Origin: Octopus vulgaris
Taxonomy: Eukaryota
Assembly: GCA_951406725.2 (NCBI GenBank)
Contig: OX597835.1
Coordinates: 12,152,001 to 12,216,000 of the forward strand
Direction of reading: 5' to 3'
Length of the DNA: 64,000 nucleotides
In this document: one piece after another, positions 13,891-28,255 of the stretch
Numbering within the stretch: the first letter of the stretch is position 1
How the letters are laid out: each line of letters starts with the position of its first letter
Notes under the pieces: model-generated
What the model saw: only the letters and a program-made list of their open reading frames with translations
Database searches by the model: none
Told to the model about the DNA's origin: nothing
Made by a program: the position numbers and the translations under genes

Positions 13891-14109
13891 TCTCTATTCA
13901 GATTCCTTGATGCGGCGTTTCTGTCTCTCTAGACCTTCCTCTAATACTGTTCAATTTATCCCCACCTGGCGGTCCAATAGCGTAATTACTTCAATGTTGT
14001 TGAAGGTTTTGTCAGTTAAAGCTGCGGCATTAAATCTGCCCAGAGTTCCCACTGTTCGGTATTTCTAGTTGGGGAATGCTAAAGAGCCAGAAATGCTGCG
14101 GATGTCTAC

Positions 14110-15220
14110 CACAGTTGACAGCAGAACGAGAAAATCCCCGGGGTGTGGTAGGGATAATGTGTAAAGACCCGAACAAGTGGGCCTTATAGATAATTTGAGG
14201 TCCGTAACTCTGCCCAATATAGATTACAAGATTTGGGCCAAGGTGCTATCCAAGGGATTGCGTACGTAGTCGGTAAACTCGTCGATGACGCGCAGACATG
14301 CGCTATCTCAAACAGATGTATCCACGACAACTGTCGGTGTAAGTTCCACACTGGAGTTTTATAGGAGATTCGTGGCGGGAAAGAGCGACAACGTTCTTGA
14401 GGAAACTCTGGGTGTTGGCAGAAATCAATTAGTTGGCTTATTCCAGAGGAATTTGGGGCCGGGACCTATGGATAATTTCCAGAAATCCTTGGAATGGCAA
14501 TGCTACCGGGGTGCTCTGCTGTTTCGAGCCAAGCTCTACAGACACGGAAGCGCTGTCAGATGGACCTGCCCTAGATGTGAGCGATGAAACCGTTCTGCAT
14601 GCATGCATTCATCTAGTGTTCGGACATTGCTGACTTATTGTGCTTTGTCAAACAGATGTTGAAGCAAGTAGAACGGACCCGATTATCGGCCGAGTCCATC
14701 GTGAAGATCGCCTCACAAATTTTTTATGGCCATGAAGGGAAGGTATTTCTACTCTGCCTGGTGGCTGTGGCGAAAGAAGTAATGTGGCGGACGAGGTTGA
14801 ATGGACTGAAGACAGATACCTTCCTTTTCGGTTAGGGCCGGCATCTACCCTTTCAAGTTACACTTGAAAAGGACAGTAAGAGAGGAGAGGGATGAGTTGC
14901 CTTCCCGCTTCCAATAATTTTGTTGTAAGGTGAGTGGATATAGCGATGATGCACCTGCTGGCCTGAGAGAATGGAGAGAAAAAGAGACCCGTTCGAGATG
15001 CCCTTGACGTTCGAGGTGCCCTTGCTGTTCGGGGTGTCCAGGATGTGTTGGGACTTTGGTTGCCCCCAAATGGAACTTCCCACTCTTTTCGGGAGTTTCA
15101 TTGTTCGAATTTTTTGTTAGTTGTTATTGTTTTTTTTTTACACTTAACATGCAATATTTGTAAATCCTTTATGTTTTAGCGTCATTTGTTTTCGTGTACG
15201 GCCCTTGTGACCAATATAGA
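14110..15220 (+). pseudogene. Tx1/L1-clade LINE ORF2 remnant with internal deletion
   Basis: RT N-terminus DNLRSVTLPNIDYKIWAKVLSK...AQTCAISNRCIHDN is joined directly to a C-terminal zf-RVT-like WQCYRGAL...CPRC..DETVLH. Frameshifted. Confidence 0.85.
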
Positions 15221-15227
15221 AAGAATT

Positions 15228-15303
15228 ACTATTATTATTATTATTGTTGTTGTTGTTGTTGTTGTTGCTGTTGTTGTTGTTGTTGTTGTTATTGTTCTTC
15301 TTC

Positions 15304-15334
<31 letters not shown>

Positions 15335-15360
15335 TGTTGTTGTTGTTGCTGTTGTTGTTG

Positions 15361-15392
<32 letters not shown>

Positions 15393-15522
15393 GGTGGTGG
15401 TGGTGGTAGTGGTGGTGGTGGTGGTGGTGGTGGTGGTATTGGGAGTGTTTTTGTTACTGCTATTGTCGCTTCTAATATTATTATTGTTGTTGTTGTTGTT
15501 GTTGTTGTTGTTTCTACTATTA
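15228..15522. repeat. compound (TTA)/(TTG)/(GGT) trinucleotide array
   Basis: Direct reading. Confidence 0.97.
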
Positions 15523-15589
15523 AGAATTAACTCAACTCATATCATCTGAATCATATAGCAATTTCCGGAATATATATTTTTTTAATTTG

Positions 15590-16800
<1,211 letters not shown>

Positions 16801-17569
16801 GATGACCATATATGTACGTATTGTACTTTTCAAACAGTCACTCTATTCGTTGATGAGAATAATTTTAAACATAGCATTTAGTTTTCTCAGCAAAACTTTC
16901 TTGTTTCAATAACATTCACTATTTTTAAAGATTAATTACATTTAAATTTTTGCGTAGAATCCTCACATTCCAATTTGCTAGATTATTTTGCCAATATGTT
17001 ATTATTCATTTATGCATCGCAATCATTCATTCCCTCCAGCCGTAATTTCTTACATTTTGTTATACACCGTATATACATTGTATATATATATATTGTTGGT
17101 TATTTTATTTAATTTCACGCCTGGTAAATTGACAGAAGCAGGAACACGGCTTCAATATTCCATACAAAATATTAACAAAACCAACTGGAAGTTCTTGTGG
17201 AGCAGTTTTGTTCGAAATAAAAGCGACGCTGACATGAGAAGAGGTATATGGTTTTATGCTTGAAAAAAGATTATCGCCTAAAAAAGCTATAAAAATGTCA
17301 ATAAAACTCAATAACAAGAACATGCAATATTTTTTTTTTAAAGAGTAAAGTTGAAAAGTGAAAAGCATTTTTTTTTATTTAAATTTCGATCAAATTCAAT
17401 TTTTAATTGAAAGAAACTAGGCTCAGACTCATTTCTAGTCAAATTCCTTAAATTCTTTTCCCTTTAGCTAAATACCTGTAATTGTTGTACGGATTGCTAC
17501 AAGTATCATCTTGTACAGCTGGCTCGGATTTACCCGACTGGAACGATTCCGCCTCCGGTCATGATACGA

Positions 17570-17867
17570 CATTAGTATTCGAGTCGTCACCAGGGTAGAA
17601 TTCCATGTCCACACAGAGCTAGCGGGTGAAGGTTTTAACTGGATAACTGATCTGTGTACATTCATGCTGGGGTCTCAGGTGTCCATAGTGTGCTTATTGA
17701 GTCTTCGTGATTGTAATAATTGTATTCACACTTTGAAGCACGTATATATATATGACACCCGACACCCCAGCATGAATGTACACAGGTCAGTCATCCAGTA
17801 AAAACCTTCACTCGCTATTTCTGTATGGACACGGAATTCTGCCCTGGTGACGTCTCGAATACTAATG
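17570..17867. mobile_element. foldback/MITE-like inverted repeat, ~114-bp arms
   Basis: 17570-17683 is the imperfect reverse complement of 17754-17867, with a 70-bp spacer. Confidence 0.85.
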
Positions 17868-17964
17868 CCATATAAGACGCTATCGTAGGTTAAATTCAAC
17901 TTACGTTGAAAGTCAACAAAGCTAGATTTTTATATCGTAATTTTACAGACGAATTTGTCGCCGG

Positions 17965-18033
17965 GCAGTTTAGCTCAATGGTAAAGCACTTGACACGTAA
18001 TCACAGAGATGTGAGTTCGAGTCTCATGGCTAT
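17965..18033 (+). pseudogene. tRNA-like sequence (Thr-CGT-like), pseudogene or orphan SINE head
   Basis: A box TAGCTCAATGG, anticodon loop CA-CGT-AA, T arm TGAG-TTCGAGT-CTCA. Acceptor stem is poor. Confidence 0.55.
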
Positions 18034-18559
18034 AAAATATGGATAGTTTATCCTGTTCATGCTATATTATTAGCTTTATCCTGCGTTTGAGAAATAAAAT
18101 TATTTCCTTATCTGTATACATGTATGCACACACACATTTATATATATATATATAATGATATATATCCCCTCCTACTTTCAGAAGGCCTTGTAAAGGGTAA
18201 CAGTTTCTGAGATGGTATCTTCAAAGACATTGATATCATAAGACAACCTGTGTTATGGTTGGAAGTGAAATTTTGTTATTTAAACCGATTTCTTCCATTT
18301 TGTCAATTGATGTGTGGACATAGCATTTACAGATGACGAACAGGAATGTTTGAAATGTATCACCTGGCAAGACATCATTAATGATGTTAAATAAATCGTC
18401 TTATCCGTCCACTGATCGTACATTAGTTCTTGTTTTTGTCATTACTATTTTTACTAATTCTTGAGATAATCCGTTTGTAAGAAGAATTTGCGCTATTTTT
18501 CCTTTTTTCTCTTTTTTTTTTTTTTGTTTTGGTGAATTAGTCGACAGGACTGGCAAAGT

Positions 18560-19510
18560 CTACAAACAATTGATTGATTGTTCTTGCTACTAAGATCCTC
18601 CCACCCGAACCATTTTGCCTGAAACTATTCGTAAAGGCGTCTCAGTTTCTTGTACATCAACACCTTGATGCAAATACTCTTGCTCAATGTAAAAGTAAAC
18701 TTTATAATTTGAAGCCACACCGAAATAACCTTTCTTGGAGAAGCAATTACAACCCTCATACAACTTTTTAGTTGTGTTTTAATTGTAAACAACATCAGAA
18801 TATTGAAGCAGGGTTTATTGTAGACCTCTTTTTTCCAAGCTTCTGGCTATATTATACCAAATTCAGCTGCCTATTTTGTTTATCATTTTCAGTACGCTAG
18901 TGAATTCATCGAATTCATCTAGTGTGAAATTACAAAGTTTACTGTCAAGACCATGCTTAATAGAAATTTCCAACGGTTCATCAGAAAATGCACAGAGATC
19001 TGCGAAATATTCTTTCCACATATTTAGTCACTCCTGCAAACTTCTAGTTTTGACTTAATTGTATTTTCCCCTCTTTCTAATTTCGTTAGCAACTTACCAT
19101 GTTGCCACGTCAGGAACAACTGTTTGTTTGAGGCCGTATGTACATTCAGATTCACTTTTGTTTAAAATGTCTTTCAGTTCTTCGATTTCACAAGTGTAAC
19201 CTTTGGCCAAACAGTTTTCAATATATTATATTATATATATTTGTTTTCAATATATTATGTTATATTTATTTGTTCCAAATGAGCAACACTCTTTCATTGG
19301 TTGATTCAGAATCCCTTGGGAAGCGCCGTTTGATTTTAGGAGGGATTCTCCTCCTGGTCATTGAAGAGAGGAGAAAAAATTGTTTCATGTTACATTTAGG
19401 GAGTTGCTTTCAGTTTCTTTTTCCGTGCCTCAAACCTGCATCCGAACAATATGATTTATTGTTGAAAAATGTCTTTGTTTTCAGAGTAAGTTTGTTGCGT
19501 GCAGGGGAAT
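18560..19510 (-). pseudogene. RTE-clade LINE remnant (end of endonuclease to RT N-terminus)
   Basis: Minus frames give LNMWKEYFADL, PEAWK, FSKKG, NY and QNG motifs in RTE order, with many lesions. Confidence 0.65.
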
Positions 19511-19569
19511 TTCGACATTTACTGTTTGCTGGCGCGTGAGCTTAGCTGAAATCTGATGGATGGTATATA

Positions 19570-20400
19570 ATGATCAAAGGTGCCCCCTTCAGCGGAATTG
19601 CATGCTTCGCAGAATAACACGGAATCAGCGGCAGCAGCTTTCAATCGATACATTAATATACATTCAAGAACATGGCTTTTCCTATGATGAATTAGACTTA
19701 AAATACCAGCGGTTTCTAACAAAATTGGACTTTCATACCGAGGTCAGCATGGTAAAAGCTGAACATGGAAGCACTCCGTCGGTTACGACGACGAGGGTTC
19801 CGGTTGATCCGATCAACGGAACAGCCTGCAAGTGAAATTAACGTGTAAGTGGCTGAGCACTCCACAGACACGTGCATCCTTAACGTAGTTCTCGGGGATA
19901 TTCAGCGTGACACAGAGAGTGACAAGGCCGGCCCTTTGAAATACAGGTACAACAGAAACAGGAAGTAAGAGTGAGAGAAAGTTGTGGTGAAAGAGTACAG
20001 CAGGGATCACCACCATCCCCTGCCGGAGCCTCGTGGAGCTTTTAGGTGTTTTCGCTCAATAAACACTCACAACGCCCGGTCTGGGAATCGAAACCGCGAT
20101 CCTATGACCGCGAGTCCGCTGCCCTAACCACTAGGCCATTGCGCCTCCAAGCTGAACATACTCCACAAACGAAATGATAGGAATGGTTTTTAGTCCTCGA
20201 ACATGAAAATTTCTAAGCTTATAGCAAAACTGATCATCACAACATCATAGGCAAACTTTTCACAGCGGTAATCTCTTACTACTACCAACCATTTAGTGTG
20301 TTTTATTCACAAGAGATCTGAACTGTGTTCCCGTATCTATTCTAACTGTTTTATAGTCCAACTTGACTACAGGTTCATAAATATAAGATGAATGGAGCCC
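19570..20400 (+). pseudogene. RTE-clade APE endonuclease remnant, interrupted by a SINE
   Basis: IDTLIYIQEH...ELDLKY before the SINE and IGMVFSPR after it. Confidence 0.6.
19767..20148 (-). mobile_element. family-C SINE, full length, 11-bp TSD
   Basis: TSD AAGCTGAACAT at 19756-19766 and 20149-20159. tRNA head GGAGGCGCAATGGCC.AGTGGTTAGG with TCG at the anticodon position. Confidence 0.96.
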
Positions 20401-20794
20401 GGTGGTTAAATGTATGCTTCTTAAACAACGTAACCGCATGTAAATGTGTTTACCTGTTATCACAAACATCTCCCGTTACTTTTGGGAGTTATTTCATGTC
20501 GTAAATCAATGTATCGATATAGAAATCAGTAAATATAGTGGCGATCACGTTTCTCTCAAACAGGATATCGATATTGTGTGGCAGAGGCGGCTTGTAAGAA
20601 ATCATACAACGGTGCTTATAATCTTCCTTTAACAACATTGAAATATGTTAACGCTAATCGTACAAAAGAAATGGCAAAACAGTGGCTAAATTCCCATAAA
20701 TATTTTGTTGGCTTTTTCGCATTCTTAGTTCTAATTATGCTGTAGAAGATTTGGGTGTTTTCTTTGACGTTCAAAACACGCGCGCGCGTAATAT

Positions 20795-21045
20795 ACTCTT
20801 TTACTCTTTTACTTGATTGTCATTTGATTGTGGCCATGCTGGAGCACCGCCATTTAGTCGAGCAAATCGACCTCAGAACTTATTCTTGTAAGCCTAGTAC
20901 TTATTCTATCGGTCTCTTTTGCCGAACCGCAAAGTTACGGAGACGTAAACACACCAGCATCGGTTGTCAAGCGATGTTGGGTGGACAAACACAGACACAC
21001 AAACACACACACATACATATATATATATACATGTATACGATGGGT
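20795..21045 (-). mobile_element. family-B SINE, 3' half
   Basis: Match to family B, truncated just past the internal microsatellite. Confidence 0.88.
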
Positions 21046-21679
21046 TTGTTGATCATGAATGCATAAAATGGCGTGTGTCTCTATACGAACTGTCCAGTTT
21101 CCATTTATCTGTTACATCTGGCGACTTCTTTCATTAATGTCTCTACTATTAATCTGTTTGGATTTAATAATAAGAAGCTCATTAATGTCTCTACTATTAA
21201 TCCGTTTAGATTTAGGAGCAAAAAGCGAATATATAGGCCATATTTGTTAAGTTTGGAGTTAGATATTTATTCATATCGGATCGAGTTACATTCATAATCT
21301 TCGGTGTTTAGAAATTATAAATTTTCTCACTTGAATGTATTTTTACCTCTTTAAATCAATCTGATGTTCCATCTGATACTGTAAATTTTAAATCAAAGAA
21401 AAAATATTATTTCTTAGATCTGTTCATCGATATGACATCATAAGACAGACCTTCACAGACATACATATAATGGATGACTCGTAGTCTCATACACAAAGAT
21501 CGGAGTAAGAATGTTATTACAATAAAATTAATAGAGAAACGCAACACATCTTGTGACGGAAAGTTTATTTGAACTAGAAGTAAAAATAATAATCGAATTT
21601 ATGGTAAATTTAGCTACATCGGATTTCGTTGGAATTAGAAATTATCTGTGTATTAAATTTCCTATTTCCAAAGACTTCA

Positions 21680-22130
21680 AAATAAATTAAGTTTGCATTA
21701 ATGAGATATCTCTGATTGAGAGAATCGATTTAAAAACAAGACGGCCATAATATCTCGCGAGTTTCTCAAGATGATGGTGGTGGTCATCTTGGAGTACTAA
21801 ACAATAACCGTATTTCCGATAGGATTTCAAAACATCGTTTAATGATTTCCTGCAATTCTTCAGTGCTATTGTTAGAAAGTAATTTCCAACTCTAAAAGAT
21901 GTTCTGCAAAGATAGACCGGCATAATTGTTGTTGAATGGCATAAAATGAGTCGTTCAATTGATTAATTCGACAATCGTCGAACATTTTTGTCTTTGTCAT
22001 TAATATTATTGTGTTTGCGAGTTCACACGGTGAAGACGAATTTTTTTCCAGTTCGTTTCCTACAGTTTTGTTGCTTAAATGCAGAAATATAGCAGCGACC
22101 ACTTGATTCACAGCTGTTCAGAGACAGATA
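21680..22130 (-). pseudogene. possible RTE LINE C-terminal remnant
   Basis: IQQQLCRSIFAEH (RRLRFAGH-like) and LNDVLKSYRKYG...LARYYG resemble the RTE C-terminus. Confidence 0.4.
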
Positions 22131-22874
22131 GAGAGTGGATCGTAAATTTAGAAGAGCAAAACTTCTTTGCTCAAATATATTGTACGGTCAGCAAGCTGAG
22201 AGCAAAACTTACATACTACAAACTCCTCTAACGAAGCTAACAACAAATATGTGTGTGTATGTGTGTCCGCGTGTGCGTGGCTTAATGTCGGAGAAATGAG
22301 AAAGGACGGATCAATAAACACCGTCAAGGATATAGATTTTTATTTAAACTGAAACAGAGTTTTTATATGTGAACATAATTTTGAATTAAATGCAAGTCAC
22401 AAAGATATTTTTTCGTAGCAGATATGTTACTTCAAAGCTTGACAAAAATATATGAAGTAAAACTTTGTTATTTATAAAACGAAACTCAATCTACTGGACT
22501 TGGTTAAAAATATAAAATCAGATTTTGAATTCTGTACCCTTTAGTAAAATGACGTTGGGTTAAAAACACTAGGGTGAGAAAAGTTGCAACAGTTTAGTAA
22601 AGTAACGGTCGACAGTTCTACATACTGCCCAGAGCCAACTTATTTACACATAAACTCTCACTTTTCTGTAAGCAGATATAACAGAATGGTTGTAAGCAAC
22701 GACAGTGCTGCCATACAAACGAGTGTTTTACTGAATACAATATAACTCGACATTTTACGTGATAGCTTCACATTAACAAGAACAGAATGATAAAATGGAC
22801 ACTGCGTGGTGTTTAGATTGTGTGCAAAGAATGTGACTGCATAAGAATTGGCGTTGATGGAAGTAGCGACAAGT

Positions 22875-23261
22875 GGAAGCACTCCGTCGGTTACGACGAT
22901 GAGGGTTCCGGTTGATCCGAATCAACGGAGCAGCCTGCTCGTGAAATTAACGTGTAAGTGGCTGAGCACTCCACAGACACGTGTACCCTTAACATAGTTC
23001 TCGGGGATATTCAGCGTGACACAGAGAGTGATAAGGCCGGCCCTTTGAAATACAGATACAACAGAAACAGGAAGTAAGAGTGAGAGAAAGTTGTGGTGAA
23101 AGAGTACAGCAGGGATCACCACCATCCCCTGCCGGAGCCTCGTGGAACTTTTTAGGTGTTTTCGCTCAATAAACACTCACAACGCCCGGTCTGGGAATCG
23201 AAACCGCGATCTTATGACCGCGAGTCCGCTGCCCTAACCACTGGGCCATTGCGCCTCCACT
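22875..23261 (-). mobile_element. family-C SINE, full length, 14-bp TSD
   Basis: TSD AAGTAGCGACAAGT at 22861-22874 and 23262-23275. Confidence 0.96.
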
Positions 23262-24011
23262 AAGTAGCGACAAGTATGTCGTGGATGTATAGAAGGAAGT
23301 GTGTGCCGGACAGAACAGAGCCCTAAAGAACACCAGAGTGTATTAGGAATGGAGCAGAAGGACTGCGTTAACAAATCCCGCAATGGTACTATCCGATAAG
23401 AAAGTAGAGATCCATGAGATGATGAGAAACAGACAGAGACTGTAGACAAGATTCTTTTGTAGAAGGATTGCACACCAAACATGGTCGGCGTCTTTACTGA
23501 CATCAGGAATAACAATGCTGCTTTCCCAAGAGAATCCAAAGATAGCTTTCGGCAATGAAGCGATTTGATTTATAGAAATGAACTGTTTGTAAGAAGAGCA
23601 ATTAACGGGAACATATGAATAATATTCGTCAATTTACGATAGTGACTATTACATAAAAATTAATGAGAATTTCTAAATAAATTTCTTCATTTCCAACGAA
23701 TAAGTACCCATTACGTACTCTGGCTGCTTAAATAAATGTGTGCTCTCTCCCCACCCCCATAGAAAGATAATATTCTGTACCACAGGTCTCTACTTAGAAG
23801 CATAAATATTGTTTTCTTATGCGAAATCAACAACCTGTAATGGTGGAGCTGAGCCAACTGAGTCAACCTAGTATATAACTGGTATGTCATTCATAGACAA
23901 CATAAAATACAGCACTTAGATATTTCAAGAACGTTTGGCCATCGGTAATCTTTCGTTTCTAGTACTTCACTTCTCCCTTCTTTGCGCTACCATTAACTGA
24001 AATGTTTTCTA

Positions 24012-24228
24012 AGTCGGCGAGCTGGCAGAATCGTTAGCACGCCGGGTGAAATGCTTAGCAGTATTTCGTCTGTCATTACGATCTGAGTTCAAATTCCGCC
24101 GGGGTCGACTTTGCCTTTCATTCTTACGGAGTCGATAAACTAAGTACCAGTTGCTTACTGGGGTCGATCTAATCAATTGCCGCCACCCCCCAAAAAAAAT
24201 TTCCGGCTTTGTGCCTAGAGTAGAAAAG
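24012..24228 (+). mobile_element. family-A SINE, alternative tail subfamily
   Basis: Family-A head and core, with the tail CCCCCCAAAAAAAATTTCCGGCTTTGTGCCTAGAGTAGAAAAG (as at 59275-59320). Confidence 0.88.
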
Positions 24229-25862
24229 TTAAAGATCAACAGAAATGTATTCTTGAAATAATTCATAACTTCAAGTCTGTCTTAATCCAACAAAACCACA
24301 GTCATTCAGTGAGTTCAGAATGAAATGCTAAGCCCTTTCCTAATTCTGCAACCCAGACTGTGTTCCTACTTCGTGTACAGACTTCAAGACTATTTAAATA
24401 CTCAGACTTCAGAAAAAGTATTCATTTTCTTGTTAACCGTTTTTAAACAGGTAATATTTTTTACAATTGTTGAAGTAGATGCATGTATAAAAGGAGGGTG
24501 TGGAGTACAGAACCAAAGCAAATAAGTTATCTGATTTTATTCTGTGAAAGAAGGTACTTCATCTCACCTATGCCACAATTATTACAATAACAAGGTCACA
24601 TAATCTTTCAAACTTGCCTAAAAAAATCAAAAGATGTAATAGCTTACAAAATCATAGATATAATAGCTTGTCTTTTTTTTTAGAATAAAATGTCTTATGT
24701 TTTATTGAAAGGAAACGCAAAAGGATGATGTTCATTTCTCCTCACACGTACAATTAACTTAAGTTACATGGTTTGATATAAATATTGAGAAGTATCTCAG
24801 TAAACCTTTTGCGATTAAATGCCAAAACATTTATCTACATTGTTCGAAACAGACGTAAAAAAAAACAAGACCAATAGCTAAAAAAATATAGCTGCTTGTC
24901 TTTAGTTCATGTAATTTGTAGAGCTGTCGATTGTGAACAGAGAATTTCTTCAAATAAATAACTTAAATATTGGACGTCTTTATTTCTAGTGGACTTCCGC
25001 TTTTGACAAATTTATGGTGATATATGCTGTGTGCGCGTGTTTGTATGTGTGTATGTGTGTGTGTTTTCTTGTTTATTTTCTTGTGTGTCTATGTGTGAGT
25101 GTGTTTTTGTGTGTATGTATGTATTCGTGTAGTAAATGTCTTTGAACATGCTTTTCTGATAAAATCATCCTTCTGAAAAGTTTTTAGCAATGCAATAATA
25201 TTCAACAGATGAGAATTCCATTAATATTTGATTCAAAAACGCATGATTGCAAAAATGTGTGTTTATTTAAGGTTTCGTGTTAATGGATTTTTAAAATTAA
25301 ATTGGTAAAATGAAGTCAATATATCGTGACTAGAGGTGAATTTTGACATTTTGGCAGGGCGCTTTTTCGGAGAAAATCACAGCTAGAATTCAATATTTTT
25401 TTCTAAAGCGTTTTCCTTTAATTGCGTAATGCTTTCAAATGCTTTCGTTCTTTGAGTTCTTGTAATGAATCTATCCTCTCACTACATCTGTAATAATGCA
25501 TTAGGTTTGTGTTCTTCTGGTGTGTTTATACCGCAGTTGGAGATCAGTGAATTTTAACCTCCCACACAAAGATTCATATATTCCGTCTGCGAAGCAAGTC
25601 ACTCGAAATAAATTTAAATGAAAATTACGTGAAACGGAGTCGAATAAATGAAGGCATATAAGGTTGATACATGTTGCTATTATGGAGTAACAAGGACGTG
25701 CTTAGAGCCTTGATAATAGAATTTACAAATAATCACTTAACGCAAGTTGATGTAACGAAATAGCTTATAAGCCATCTCTCATGTTTTGCCATATGTATGC
25801 ATGTGTATGTGTGTATACATACACACATACATATATGCATATATGTATGTATGTCAGGTCGC

Positions 25863-26271
25863 AATGGAGGCGCAATGTGTATGTGGAGGCGCAATGGCCC
25901 AGTGGTTAGGGCAGCGGACTCGCGGTTATAGGATCGCGGTTTCGATTCCCAGACCGGGCGTTGTGAGTGTTTATTGGAGCGAAAACACCTAAAAGCTCCA
26001 CGAGGCTCCGGCAGGGGATGGTGGTGATCCCTGCTGTACTCTTTCACCACAATTTTCTCTCACTCTTACTTCCTGTTTTGTTGTACATGTATTTCAAGGG
26101 GCCGGCCTTGTCACTCTCTGTGTCACGCTGAATATCCCCAAGAACTACGTTATGGGTGCACGTGTCTGTGGAGTGCTCAGCCACTTACACGTTAATTTCA
26201 TGAGCAGGCTGTTCCGTTGATTCGGATCAACCGGAACCCTCATCGTCGTAACCGACGGAGTGCTTCCGTCC
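25863..26271 (+). mobile_element. family-C SINE with duplicated 5' start, 12-bp TSD
   Basis: TSD ATGTCAGGTCGC at 25851-25862 and 26272-26283. Confidence 0.95.
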
Positions 26272-26469
26272 ATGTCAGGTCGCTCTTGGGTACTACTGGT
26301 AACATGTAACCCAGTACAACCTGTTGCATGGTCGTGTCGTCGGCGACTAGACTGGTAACTCCCATCAACCTTGCTTGGTGAGGAGGGTGATTGTTGCACA
26401 AAAATAAGACCTGTCAAAGGCCGGAAGAGCTCATGCGTAGTCAACGGTCATCCAACGGTATGTGTATAT

Positions 26470-26688
26470 ATGGCAGAAACGTTAGCACGCCGGGCGAAGT
26501 GCGTGGCCTTATTTCGTCTGCCGTTACGTTCTGAGTTCAAATTCCGCCGAGGTTGACTTTGCCTTTCATCCTTTCGGAGTCGATAAATTAAGTACCAGTT
26601 GCGCACTGGGGTCGATGTAATCGACTTAATCCCTTTGTCTGTCCTTGTTTGTCCTCTCTGTGTTTAGCCCCTTGTGGGTAGTAAAGAA
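26470..26688 (+). mobile_element. family-A SINE
   Basis: Match to the copy at 11049. Confidence 0.92.
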
Positions 26689-26953
26689 GTATATATATGT
26701 ATATATGCATGTATGTATGCGCGGGGACGTGGAAATACCTGGGTTGGTGTCCAGGTGCGCAGTTGGCCCACTGGACAACGTCTCTCTAGAAGAGGGAAAC
26801 TCAGAGAGAAAACTTGCGACACTGACAATATTTAATGATTTAAACTGGTTTTTCTTACCGAGTTTATGTTGTCCATGTTTGGAGAGTGGGATTGGATTTG
26901 TACAAATCCTTTCCTCGCCATAAAGAAAAATCATCATGCACGGGCATCCAACA

Positions 26954-27379
26954 GGCGCAGGAGTGGCTGTGTGGTAAGTAGCTTGTTTACCGACCACATG
27001 GTTCCGGGTTCAGTCCCACTGCGTGGCATCTTGGGCAAGTGTCTTCTACTATAGCCTCGGGCCGACCAAAGCCTTGTGAGTGGATTTGGTAGACAGAAAC
27101 TAAAAGAAACCTGTCGTATATATGTATTTATATATATATATATGTGTGTATATATGTTTGTGTGTCTGTGTTTGTCCCCCTAGCATTGCTTGACAACCGA
27201 TGCTGGTGTGTTTATGTCCCCGTCACTTAGCGGTTCGGCAAAAGAGACCGATAGAATAAGTACTGGGCTTACAAAGAATAAGTCCCGGGGTCGATTTGCT
27301 CGACTAAAGGCGGTGCTCCAGCAAGGCCGCAGTCAAATGACTGAAACAAGTAAAAGAGTAAAGAGTAAAGAGTAAAGAG
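26954..27379 (+). mobile_element. family-B SINE, full length, (AAAGAGT)n tail
   Basis: Match to other family-B copies. Confidence 0.94.
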
Positions 27380-27529
27380 GCATCGCTTGAAAAGAAAACG
27401 TAAGACCTATCACAAAAATAGCTGGACGTAGCCTTCGCGGGTGTGGGACTTTCGATATCAGGCGACGGCAATACTTGAACACGCGTTCGCAGCCATCATG
27501 TATGTATTATTCCATTGAAGCTGAAACAA

Positions 27530-28000
27530 AATAATAATGAACAGACCCAGAAATTAGTTGGTCCACTGTTTCTATCCCACCGTTGCAGTATCGGCACTTT
27601 GGGTCTACACCATTTTTCATCACATTGGCTTGATAGTTCTGGGTCAACAATCTCTGATCTTCGGCAGCCAAGACAAAGCCTTCACTCTCTGCCTTTAGCC
27701 CTGAGTTCCGTAGCCACTGATGGGTGTACTTCTGGTCTACATCAGCTTGTTTGCTACGGGCCACATATTTGCCATGCAGAGGTTTTTGTTCCCACTTATC
27801 AGCCAATTGTTCAAACGCATTTTGTTTTGGTATTGATTTCACTTTCTTTGCAACTACAGTTGCTGCCCTTCCCTTTTGCTTTTCAACCGGGGTTTTATGC
27901 ATAAGCTCGCTTGAAAATTTTTTGCTCTTCATAATAGAATTAAGTTACGTCTTTCATGGTTTTCAACGAGGTTTTTTTCACAGCAATATCATACTGACCC
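27530..28000 (-). pseudogene. R4/Dong-clade non-LTR retrotransposon fragment (pre-endonuclease CCHC region)
   Basis: WEQKPLHGKY...WLRNSGLKAESEGFVLAAEDQRLLTQNY...CRYCNGGIETVDQLISG is the characteristic R4/Dong pattern. Confidence 0.85.
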
Positions 28001-28032
28001 GTTCATTATCCAACTAATTATGGTATACATTC

Positions 28033-28255
28033 AATATTATGGTCATAAATAAGGCGGCGGCAAGCTGGCAAAATCGTTACTGCGCCGGACTTTGCGGCAT
28101 TTCGTCCGTCTTTAATTTCTGAGTTCGATTTTTATCGAGGTCTATTTTGTCTTTCATCTCTTTTGAGGTTAATAAAAAATACCAGTTGAGAACGGGGGTC
28201 AATGTAATCGACTTGCCCCCGACATCGCTGGTCTTGTGCCAAAATTTGAAATCAA
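28033..28255 (+). mobile_element. old family-A SINE
   Basis: Diverged match to family A. Confidence 0.75.

Noticed and set aside
17965-18033. Functional tRNA-Thr gene
   Set aside because: Acceptor and anticodon stems pair poorly. Kept only as tRNA-like.
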